Shown here piece by piece: positions 24,255 through 35,001 of a DNA stretch of 64,000 bases; position 1 is the first letter of the stretch; each line of letters starts with the position of its first letter. The stretch spans positions 7,515,061 through 7,579,060 of the forward strand of contig NC_069000.1 of the NCBI RefSeq assembly GCF_001194135.2, given 5' to 3'. The notes under the pieces were generated by a model, which saw nothing but the letters and a program-made list of their open reading frames with translations, was not told where the DNA came from and searched no databases. The position numbers and the translations under genes are program-made. This stretch comes from Octopus bimaculoides. Lineage: Eukaryota.

Positions 24255-27200
24255 AGTGGTAACATGGTGTTACAGAAGGAATTTTAGATAGCACTTCACA
24301 TGTAAGGATTTAAATTGGCACACTCATTTCCCCCATGTTTGTATTATAAATACAGTAGGGGAAGACACATGGCCTATGGTTAGAGTGTCAGGCTCACAGC
24401 CATGAGCTAGTGAGTTTGATTCTCAGACTGGGCTGTGTGTTGTGTTCTTGAGCAAGACACTTTATTTCATGTTGCACCAGTTCACTCAGCTGTAGAAATG
24501 AGTTGCGACATCACTGGTGCCAAGCTGTATTGGCCTTTGCCATTCTTTTGGACAACATCGGTGGCATGGAGATGGGAAGCTGGTATGCATGGGCAACTGC
24601 TGGTCTTTCATAAACAACCTTATCCAGACTTGTGCCTTGTGAGTGGGGGGGGGACTTTCTAGGTGCAATCCCACGGTCATTCATGACCGAAGGGGGTCTT
24701 TAGTAAGGATAAAAGTAATTTGTTTGAAGCATTGTATAAATGTATGAATAATATAATAATGATATGTCAGTAATAACATGTTTCTCCAGACTCTTGGATT
24801 ATTATCTTTCTTATATTTGATAAGAGGAATCTTTCCTGAAATGTTACAGAAACATTAAACAACCCATATAAGGCAATACAATATTTTCTCTATATTTTCA
24901 TTTCTTGACATCACTTTACATATTTTGTGTTACTTCTCACCTGCATTGTTTAAATTTTTTTAAAAACATTTATCATATATATATATACAGTGGCAACATG
25001 GTGTATACACACTACAAAATGGTAACAGTGTGTATATAAATAATAAGCAGTAAAAGTAATAATTCAAAGGTAGTCTGTGTACTTACTCAATTTCTCGATA
25101 CCATAAGAACTTAATTCTGCTAGGTATTGGACAAAATCAGGGTTTTCTTTCCAACTTTCTAGAAAAAAAAAAAACCCAAATATTATTATTTAGTTTTTAT
25201 ATTTCTCTTAACAATAACAATTTTAAATGTAGGAAGGTAAAGTAGACCCTGCTGGGGTTTGATCCCAGAACCTAACTGCATGCACATAAATTGGCAGGGA
25301 AGTTTGTGTAGTGCTCAACTAATTCTGTAATTGTGCACAGACAATTATAGAATTGGTAGACTGAATTAATTATAATAATTCACATGGTGACATAGAAATG
25401 GTAAGCAAAGCCGCCTCTTGCAACAGACAGGTCATCCAGGATACACTGGACAATATAGTCCCCAAATACATTGCACATGACAGGATGGTCACAGCTGGAA
25501 TGTTTATGATTATTAATCTTCCCTATCAGGACTGACTTGATGTCTGAACAACAACCAGGGAAGGTGTGCAAACTGCAGGGACATTTTCAACGCTACCATG
25601 TTGAGAGGGTGAAAACAAATGCAAAACAGAAAGATGTTTAGTTACCTCCCTTCGTTTGTATAGCTTTCCAAGAGTGGCCTTAATGTAAAAAGATTGGATG
25701 GTTACGGTTGGAATGTCATTGATCATAGACCGGCTGAATTAGGGTTGAACTACTGTTAAGCAACTTTCCTTTATTCTCACAATAAAGTAAATAATTAAAC
25801 AAATATTTGTACGGTAAGAACAGATATACTAAAAATATTGTTTGAATTTCGGAGAAGTATGATCTTCATTAATATACAAATATATTCAGACTACTGCCTT
25901 CATTTTAGTTGTCATAGTCATATCTCGGTTATTGTACTCTCCAGCTTTCTTCAGGAATTTTCAGTATTATATACTGATATAGTCACACTAGTGTCCTCAT
26001 CTTGGTTGTTATAGTCACAACAGCACAGTCACTGTTCTTTCAGTTTTCTCTATGGATTATTATTATTATTATATCCGCATATAACCAGACCAGTGTCTGA
26101 ATATATCACTAATTAACCTCATATATTCAGCAATGTTCATAGGATTCCAAACCAAACTATTTACTCAATTCATATCATTGTCCATGTCTGAATTATTACA
26201 TGGTTTATACCAGTAAAGTAATTTTGTAAGGAAATGAAGGAGAATTGTCAGACTTTCAGAATAACTATCTCTACCTTACGGGGAAGGGAAAAGGTGTGGA
26301 AATTGGGGAGTAAAACAGTGAAAAATAAAAATTAAAAAAACATTGTTTGGTAAATGAATTCTTCCACAATCGTAATTCCTGTTGCATGAAGCAGGAATAC
26401 TAAAAAAAAGGAAGTGAACAACAACTACACGATTATTTTGCCCCTTTCCATCTCCGTAAAATAGTGATAGCTATTCCCAAAAGTCCGTCGTAGGATTAAT
26501 CTAAGTACAGAACTGAAAGGTAATCTTCCAGTTTCGAGAGGTTAAAAAAGTAAATAAAATACAAGGGAAATAACTGAACGTCATCCGTACTACTTTGTTT
26601 ATAAATAAATCACGTGATTTGATTGACGTTAACTGTTTATATATAAATCACATACGTGATTGAACATCATAGTTTCTTATGAGAAATCTGCACAACATCT
26701 AACCCTAAACTTTTATAAAAAAAAAAATTCCGTCGCATGCTGTTTGTAAAAAGAAAAAAAACATTCTAAACTTTTATAAAAAAAAATTCCGTCGCATGCT
26801 GTTTTAGAGAAAAATTAGTACGGATAATACTGGTAATTCGTTCAGTTATTTCCCTTGAATATTTTTATTTATTTCTTTTACCACGAAACTGGAAGATTAC
26901 CGAACTGATATTTACTTTTTATGAACTCAGGAAGGATGAGAGACATGTTAAAACATTGTAGGATTTGAACTCATTAGAGTAGAACGACTGTCCTAATAAT
27001 TATTAATACTAAAAAGGTTAGAAATCTAAAGCTTTGTTAGAAGCGAACTTATGACCTGATTTGTCACAGGTTCACTTTAACTACATAGCTATTAACAGGG
27101 AGAAAGATATGAACATTAAACATTCCTGTAAGCCCTTTATATTAAATCTCAACGAGGTAGCATTTATGCAGTCGTTCGATCTGCTAGAAAATAGCACAGC

Positions 27201-27583
27201 AGCCAAACTGCCCTAAAACTACGCCCTGTTGCATTAAATATGGAAAGACATAGTAAATAATATGGCTTTAGAGGTGCTATATTTGTTAAAAAAAAGAAAA
27301 TGATAAAAATAGAGGATGACCATCGCTGCAATGTCTTTGAACATCGATGTGTTCGGTCAGGTGTAACCTGGTGTTAACGACAAAACAATCTCTTGTCTCA
27401 ACAAACCAAATAAATCAATAAGAGAGTTATACGGCGGAGATATTAATGTTAGGAGTATAACTGTCACCAGGTAGTGGATTGTTGTTGCAATTACCACAAA
27501 GAAAAACAGTAAAAATTACCGGGGAAAGAATCTTTAAATATCGCCGTCAGAATTGTTTCATCTTCCACGTCAACGGTAGACAT
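14872..27583 (-). CDS. COG8: Conserved oligomeric Golgi complex subunit 8, 801 aa
   Basis: Exons in transcription order: 27520-27583, 25087-25158, 23883-24007, 23287-23390, 22297-22468, 21100-21261, 20596-20647, 19887-20065, 19198-19397, 17979-18057, 17304-17488, 16300-16468, 14872-15714 (2406 nt, in phase). Starts [22 protein letters not shown]; contains [66 protein letters not shown] and [40 protein letters not shown]. Confidence 0.96.
15131..15229 (-). repeat. Three perfect 33-bp coding repeats in the COG8 last exon ([11 protein letters not shown]), flanked by degenerate copies over about 15070-15450
   Basis: GGGACATCAGGGGTGGCCTCAGGAACAAAGGCT x3 on the plus strand. Confidence 0.95.
16900..17100 (-). 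mobile_element. 3' fragment of a CR1/L2-type LINE
   Basis: Minus-strand [20 protein letters not shown] matches the conserved C-terminal motif of CR1/L2 ORF2. Confidence 0.65.
17130..17283 (-). mobile_element. Partial mariner-type MITE, same family as 53478-53700
   Basis: TIR CCAGGAACTTTTCAGCACCCCCTTGTA plus shared internal sequence. Confidence 0.75.
18440..18610 (+). mobile_element. SINE family C (CATGCTGGCATGGG...GGCTGGATGCCCTTCC...GCCAACC)
   Basis: Recurs at about 36890-37070, 39945-40095, 40130-40270 (-), 43290-43480, 48975-49155 and 58200-58290. Confidence 0.7.
21690..22264 (-). mobile_element. Head-to-tail array of three family B SINE copies separated by (AAT)n
   Basis: Copies at about 21690-21795, 21812-22025 and 22046-22264. 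Confidence 0.8.
22580..22750 (+). mobile_element. SINE family D (TTCAGTCATTTGACTGC.GCCATGCTGG), probably reverse orientation
   Basis: Recurs at about 43830-43900 and 58310-58460. Confidence 0.6.
24360..24705 (+). mobile_element. tRNA-headed SINE family E
   Basis: A-box-like TGGCCTATGGTTAG and B-box-like GAGTTTGATTC; related copies at 44700-44830 and 44950-45260. Confidence 0.65.
26520..26900. repeat. Foldback / MITE-like element in COG8 intron 1
   Basis: Imperfect inverted arms 26520-26592 and 26817-26900 (GTAATCTTCCAGTTTCG...CAAGGGAAATAACTGAACG) around an internal 60-bp-period duplication. Confidence 0.7.
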
Positions 27584-28041
27584 GTTGGTGACACTAGAGA
27601 GTTCCACTCTGTGCCGTAATGTGGCAGACGATAATGTTTAGCTGTATATAATTGTGTAATGTTTACACTGTAATGTGTAAGATGCGTGCATACTATGTAT
27701 ATAGCTGTGTATTATTTACATAGTACTGTGTAGTTTAGTACAGCAGTTGTCAGTGGTGGCCACATTAGCTAGTGATACTAGAGAGTTCCACTTAATAGTA
27801 ACCGGGGCAGACGATACAGTTGTTGATTTGAATTTTGGAGTTGTCTCCCTTAAAAAAATTAGTACACTTAAAAGTATTTTCTTTTCAATAGGGACAAAAT
27901 TTCGATGAATCAATAATAAACGTTCACCAGTTTTTCCTTACTTGGGAAAACAGGTGAAGGTTAGTGACAGTAAGAGTATTTGGCTGAAGAAAATCTGCTT
28001 CACTCAATTCCATGTGAACCACATAAGCATGGAAAAGTAGA

Positions 28042-28906
28042 TGTTAAAACAATCTGAGGAATTTCAACCATGTTTCGTGGTCTGCTACCACAACAGCTCC
28101 TTTATAGGATCCAGTTAGCTGAAGATATCATCAGGAGGAACCACGTCCTGTTTCGGCCCCTACTCCTCTACCGTTTTGACGTGGGGGGCCCACCCCCTTT
28201 CGGAGGTGTCTTCAGCTCTGGTGTTGGGTGCATGTCTTTTTTCACTGTTTGTGACTGTTCTGATTCAACTGTGGAATGTCCCTCGCTATGGTTATTTTCC
28301 AGGAGGTTCTGGCCACACGTCTTACGGTTCATCAACCCGAGTTGTTGAATTACTTTCTTCTGACATACCTTCCCTTGGTGGATTAGGATCCAGTTAGCTC
28401 AAGACATCATCAGGAGGAACCACGTCCGGTTTCGGCCCCTACTCCTCTACCGTTTTGACGTGGNNNNNNNNNNNNNNNNNNNNNNNNNNNNNNNNNNNNN
28501 NNNNNNNNNNNNNNNNNNNNNNNNNNNNNNNNNNNNNNNNNNNNNNNNNNNNNNNNNNNNNNNNNNNNNNNNNNNNNNNNNNNNNNNNNNNNNNNNNNNN
28601 NNNNNNNNNNNNNNNNNNNNNNNNNNNNNNNNNNNNNNNNNNNNNNNNNNNNNNNNNNNNNNNNNNNNNNNNNNNNNCAACTCTGGTGTTGGCTGCATGT
28701 CTTCTTTCTTCTATTCCCTGGCGTCTTCGATGCAGCATCAACGAGTGTCAGCGTCCGACTGATCGTCCTGTCAAGTTCCCCTTTTTATATCTGCTGCTAG
28801 GCTCCAGCAGGCAGCCCCAGCTAGTTGTCACGTGACACTGTCTAAATTTCCCGCTGCTAGGGTCCAGTAGGCAGCACCAGCAAGTTGTCACATGACACTG
28901 TCTACA
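28042..28906 (-). mobile_element. Possible solo LTR or other unclassified repeat, interrupted by a gap
   Basis: TG...CA termini, minus-strand ATATAAAAA at 28782-28790, a 279-bp internal duplication and a 60-bp duplication. No clean TSD. Confidence 0.35.
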
Positions 28907-28909
28907 ATG

Positions 28910-29620
28910 ATGTTAAATTGCTGGTCTTCACTAAGTTTACCCTGAGGCTTCCCAATTCATGGTTCTGCTTCCAAGTCTGGAATTTCTTCTTTCAGTGTTC
29001 AACAGACTCTGCTGTAAGAACTAAGTCTCAGCCTATAGGAGTTCCTAAGGATAGCTGGTTTTAAACTCCTTGTTTATAGCTTGGAAGGCTATAGTAAAAA
29101 AGAGGGGACTAAGAACTGAGCCTTGGTGAACACTAAATTCCTCACTGAACTCATGGTTAACCATTTTGTTGACTGCATCTCTGTACATAGTTTGCACTGC
29201 TCTCACAAGCTATTTATCAACACCTGGTTTCCTTTAAGACCATAAGACTACTGACTATAATACCCTGTCAAAGGCCTTTTTCAAATCAACAAATGCTAGT
29301 CACAGAAGCTTACTCCTAGCTAAAAATTTCTCTTGCAGCCGTTTCACTGTGAAGAGAAAATCAGAAGTACTCTGGCCTGTATCAAATCTGAACCTAATCT
29401 CATTTAATCTTATTCTCTTCCTAATTAATTATATTCATACTCTTTCTGCTAATTTCATAACTTGGTCCATCAGTTTTCTGTCTCTGTAGTTGCTTCTTAT
29501 ATTGTTATATTAATCACTGGGTGGGACACTTCCCTGACTAGCTTCAGCCCTACTCAGATATTTCAGTATCTTAATGTCTATGCATGAAGAACCTACTGCC
29601 TTCTCTGTCTTCATATTTTG
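28910..29620 (-). mobile_element. RTE-clade LINE reverse transcriptase fragment with stops and frameshifts
   Basis: Minus-strand LAFVDLKKAFDRV, LVRAVQTMYRDA and HQGSVLSPL, plus a degenerate YADD region. Confidence 0.85.
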
Positions 29621-29975
29621 ATGTCCATTTACATTGAAATACTGAGGCAACTTGCTCCTCTGTTCTTCTCATTACAGAATACTGGAAAATATCCTGCTTT
29701 TTGCTTCTTTCAAACTGGATTCACACTTATCATCTATAACTATATTATACAAGTTATTTGTTGTCTGCTTTTTTCCAGTCTTTCCATGCCTCTCTTGTAG
29801 CTTTTATTGCTCTATCTATAGTTCTACACTACCATATTACCTTATTTGGCTGGTACCTTGCCCCAGCCACAAAACTTGTCTGTAACTTTTATAACTTTCA
29901 GCAGGTTGTGTTGTTAAAATTCCCAGTTGTTTTCTGTTATAGGTTTGCCACCCTGTTGTCATCACCACCACCACC

Positions 29976-30132
29976 TTCTTCTTCTTCTTCTTCTTCTTCT
30001 TCTTCTTCTTCTTCTTCTTCTTCTTCTTCTTCTTCTTCTTCTTCTTCTTCTTCTTCTTCTTCTTCTTCTTCTTCTTCTTCTTCTTCTTCTTCTTCTTCTT
30101 CTTCTTCTTCTTCTTCTTCTTCTTCTTCTTCT
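29976..30132 (+). repeat. (TTC)n microsatellite, about 50 uninterrupted units
   Basis: Seen directly in the sequence. Confidence 0.98.
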
Positions 30133-31348
30133 GTTGGCTTACACAGGTCTGCTGTGCAACATATCTCAACACTCAATCCTATTTCACGTCATCTGTGAAT
30201 CTCAACACCCTGAGATCTAACCTTACTACTTTTTACCATGTCTTTCTTTACTCTCCAACCCACTACATTCCTTCAGCTGCTCAGACAGTGTCAAAGACAA
30301 ATGTACAGCTTTGACATAATGATGGAAAATTGGACACAAATCTTCAATTTAATCTAGTAACAATCATCAGCAACATGACCTTGACCTTAATAGATGATGC
30401 CAATATAAATAGTAGGTTGTTAAACACTGAGTCATAAAAGGCTAAAATTTGGCTGTTATTTCTAGCAAGACAGGCTGCTCTATAGAAGCTCTTGTTGGCT
30501 TGAAAGCTTGAGCATAGTTAATGAGAAATAGAGGGTTTTATACACACACACGTAGAAATAGCCAGATAGATACAGAGAAAAAGAAATAGCGAGATAACTA
30601 GGTAGTCAGACTAACAGATAGGTAGATAGATAGATAGATAGATATAGAGTGAGCAAGTGAGAGAGAGAGAGAGAGAGAGGAGACGAAGGAAAAGACAGAA
30701 AGAACATAGTAAGTAATGGGATTACAAAAACAAAAGAACAATTTTAATTCTATTAATAAAGGTGAGTCTTTATTTATTTGGCCATTATGTTTCCTCATTA
30801 ACAAAAACAACATATATTTTGACAACATTAATTTACACTTTCAATGATCTATTTTAAATATTAATGAAATATATTTTAAAGGATATTTCGTTATAATAAT
30901 AATAATGGTTTCCGATTTAGGTACCGGGTCTTCAATTCTAAAGGAAGGTTTTTAGTCAATTACATTGACCCCAGTACTTGACTGGTACTTTATTTTTATC
31001 AATCAAATATGAAGAAAGGCAAAATTGATCTTGGTAGGATTCAAAACTAGAATGCAAAGAGCTGGAAGAAATAATGTTTGATAGTCGAATGGTTCTGCCA
31101 GTTTGCTGCTCTTTTTAGATATATTTATAACAATGCTATTGTTTGGTACCAGGTCAACCATGACAGACCTGCTGTTTGTTGAAAAATACTCCAGCCATGA
31201 CAACCCTGCCTTTATAGAGCTATGTCTAAGACTACATTAGCTAATATATATTGTCTTCATTTAAGAAGGTGAAGTGTAATTTGAGGGATGTTTGGCTGTT
31301 ATTCATGGTAAGTTGTGCAACTACATGGAGATAATTCTTTTACTGGCC

Positions 31349-31381
<33 letters not shown>

Positions 31382-31896
31382 CCTTTCTACTATAGGCACA
31401 AGGCCTGAGATTTAGTGGAAGGGGACTAGTCGATTACATCAACTCCAGTGTTTCACTGGTATTTAATTCATCAACCCTGAAAGGACGAAAGGCAAAGTTG
31501 ACCTTGGCAGAATTTGAACTCAGACCATTAAGACAGACAAAATATCGCTAAGCATTTTGCCTGGTATGCTAACAATTCTGCCAACTTTACACCTTAATAA
31601 TGATAATAATCCTTTCTACTGGAAGCACAAAGCTTCAAATTTAGGGGAAGAGATTAAGTTGATCACATCAACCCCAGTATTTGTAGGATGGAGTGATAAG
31701 ATTTTTGGGGATGGGTGATATATCTTATGGGGTAAATATTAAGAGCGGAAATGTGTGTGTGTGTGTGTGCATGTGTCTGTTTGTGTGTGTGTGTGTGTAG
31801 GAGGTGTAGGATTTTGTTTGGAAGGGACATAGATTATGTTTGAAAATAGGTTCAGTTTCATTTCTTTGTCCTTCCTCTTTAGAAACATTGCCTCTT

Positions 31897-32066
31897 TTAA
31901 AACCCTGCTGGAACAGCTCCACTTCTATAATCAATGTTGACAGAAAAGGTGCCATTTTTCTGGTATATTCCATGAACAAATGAAGGAGGTCCATAACTAG
32001 TGATATCATGACCAATTTTCCTCAGTTTCTCAATCACTTTCTGAAATAAATGAAAATACACAGAAT

Positions 32067-32108
<42 letters not shown>

Positions 32109-33602
32109 GTGATGATGATGATGATGATAGTAATAAATGCCCTGATGCAGTACCAGGCAGTGGCTCTCATGGCTTCTGATCTTAATTGATTGGAAGTGTT
32201 ATCATGTACATTGTTTTGTCTTGGTATAAAAGATGGGCTGCAGCAAATATTCTGCTTAATACCACAGATTTGCTAGTCAGTTGTTTGACCGTAACCAGTT
32301 GAGCATGTCCCTTGGTGGCTGACAATATGTGCATCTCTAACCATGAGCAGAAGTAGTTGGGGAGCATCATAGCCATGTGTTGAGAGGAATTCTTTGAGGT
32401 TTGGATAATTCACTTCTGGAAACATGGGTGTTTTGTTCAACATCTTTAAACAACTCTTATTCAGGGACCTTTTGAACTGGGCCACACCAGTGAGGTCATG
32501 CACTGTTTATCTTGATATGAAATCACCATGCTGTGCACATATGGTTGTGATGCTTCACATATTTGCTCCCCGGTGTCACTTTGATGGTATTCACTGCTCT
32601 CTCACTCCATAATAATCACAATGGTTTCACTGCTTTTCTGTATTTAAATAATGAGAAGTAATAAAACATTGTTGTTTCCTCACCTTTGGTAAGTAGTCTT
32701 CAGTTTTAGTCTGTGTTGGAAGAATCTGGTTGTGAACTCTGAGGGCATCAATGGCTTCTTTGATAGTGTCATTGAACCACACTAGATTGTTCATCACCTG
32801 TGTATATATGCTACATTATATTATGTTTTATATATATACACACACGCACACACAAGGGTTGGACAAAATAATGGAAACACCTAGCATCATAATTTTGAAA
32901 TATCTGTAAAACAGTCAAAAGCTTGTTATTTTTTTCATGTTTTTGATTTATTATTAGTGTTGCTTAATATGCTTTGCTAAAATTGCTGTTTTTTTTGGAT
33001 ACCATCAGAAAAAGGTAATTAAAATTCATTAAAATGACAGATCTATCGAACTTTCAAAGCAGTCAGATTGCTGGCGCTTGTATGGCAGGCACTAGCATAA
33101 CAAAAACAGCCAAAATGTTTGGTGTATCAAGAAGTACTGTCTCAAAAGTAACGACAGCCTTTGAGAAAGAGGGAAAAACCTCCTCATCAAAACAAAACAC
33201 TGGAAGAAAACCAAAATTTTCAGATAGGGATCATCGGACAAACCAACTTACATAGGAGAGAGAAGAAATAATTTTAGTTCCTCCAGAGGCTCCAATAACC
33301 AGTTTGGTGCTGCCTGCTCTGTCTGTCATAATAATTGGTGACACATAGGACATAGGAGACTTGTTGGCCCCAATCAAATTAGGGAGACGTTGGTTTATTG
33401 AGGCACTGCGATTGTGTCTGCTTGGTGTCGAGAATGCTGCCATTCCATTGTTAAACAAAATTCCAGTCCTTCGTCCCAAAATCTGGGCACCAAACCTAAA
33501 AGACAAGACAGTTTGCATGTGATACTGTAAACCCTGTAGTTGGTATTGCTGGTGATGCTGCAGTGAATACATTTGTTACCTGTAGTGTATTTCTGATTGT
33601 GT

Positions 33603-33641
<39 letters not shown>

Positions 33642-34957
33642 TTGGTCTTTATATGATGCGTATGTGTGTGTATACACACACATACACGTACACACACACA
33701 CACACACAAATATGTATATATACATATACACACATACATATGTATATATATATTATATATCCAACAATGCTGATTGGATTCATCACGATCAAGGTATTGT
33801 CTCACCTGTTTGATACCTGTTTAGAATTTTACTTGAAGATGGTGGATTGTATGTCATGGCGTAATCTAAGAATACATCAATAAAATTCTACTGCAACAGC
33901 TGTTGTAAATTTTAAACCTCATTTGTGTTCTTTTATTTATATGTGTGTGTGTGTGTGTGCATGTGGGTGCATGCATGTATGTGTCTGTGTGTCTGTCAAA
34001 TAAAACTGTATACCACATACCTATGATTGAGTGAGCTGGTCACTGCTACAGCAATACCATCCGAGCCGATGCAATTCAGATGAGTGGTCCCTAAACCTTC
34101 CTCATTGAGGGTACCAGGGTTATAATATCCACTGTCATAGGTGCTATGGTCATTAATCCGTGATTTAATCCCTGTGGCCCACTCTGTTGATGTTAAATTG
34201 ACAAGGAACTTTAAAATAAGAACGAAAAATAAACTAACATCAGATTATACCAGAGTTTGCTGTGGATGACAGAATTCATGTGTTAAGGCAACGGTGCTGT
34301 CATTACCATCACCATCATCATCATCATCATGATCACCATCATCATCATCGCAACCACCACCACCACCACCACCCTCTTCATCATCATCATAACTATCATC
34401 ATCACAACCACTACCATCATCATTACCACCACCTTCATCATCCTCATCCTCACCACCACTGCCACTACCACCATTACCACCATCAACATCATACCACCAC
34501 CACCACCACCACCACCACCACCACCACCACCACCACCACCACCACCATTACTACCACCGCCACCACCATTATCAACAGTCACTCATCTGTGTTACACTAT
34601 CGCCAACCACTCACTTCTGTTACACCATCAACAATACCTCGCACCTGTTACTCACCTGTGAGACATTTTCATCAAAGCTGGGGTCCTCTAGTCGGGATCG
34701 GATGCCATACGCAAACTTGAATGTTTCGATGATTCTGTGTAGTGTTGTGGCGAACATGTTGAGGTTGGTGCGGTGGTTGGGCTTGAACTCATACACTGAA
34801 GCATCAGAGATAGAGTAGTATAAGATATTACAGGTACTCAGTGGGTAATGTGGGATGTGGTGGGTGTATGTTGAAGTAGAAGGGGAAGTGGTGTTAACGG
34901 AGATGTAGAATGTTGTGACATAGCAGCATACTTTCTTTGTGTTAGAGAGAGAGAGAA

Positions 34958-35001
<44 letters not shown>

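Noticed and set aside
28107-28463. Hammerhead or HDV-like ribozyme suggested by CTGATGA and CCGAAAC on the minus strand
   Set aside because: The motifs are in an order and spacing that give no stem I or II, and the pseudoknot lacks the P3/P1.1/P4 layout of HDV ribozymes. Kept only as a structured repeat.
29758-30220. Poly-Ser/Lys/Leu/Glu ORFs, and the many VCVC/YIYI/HHHH ORFs elsewhere
   Set aside because: Translations of microsatellites.
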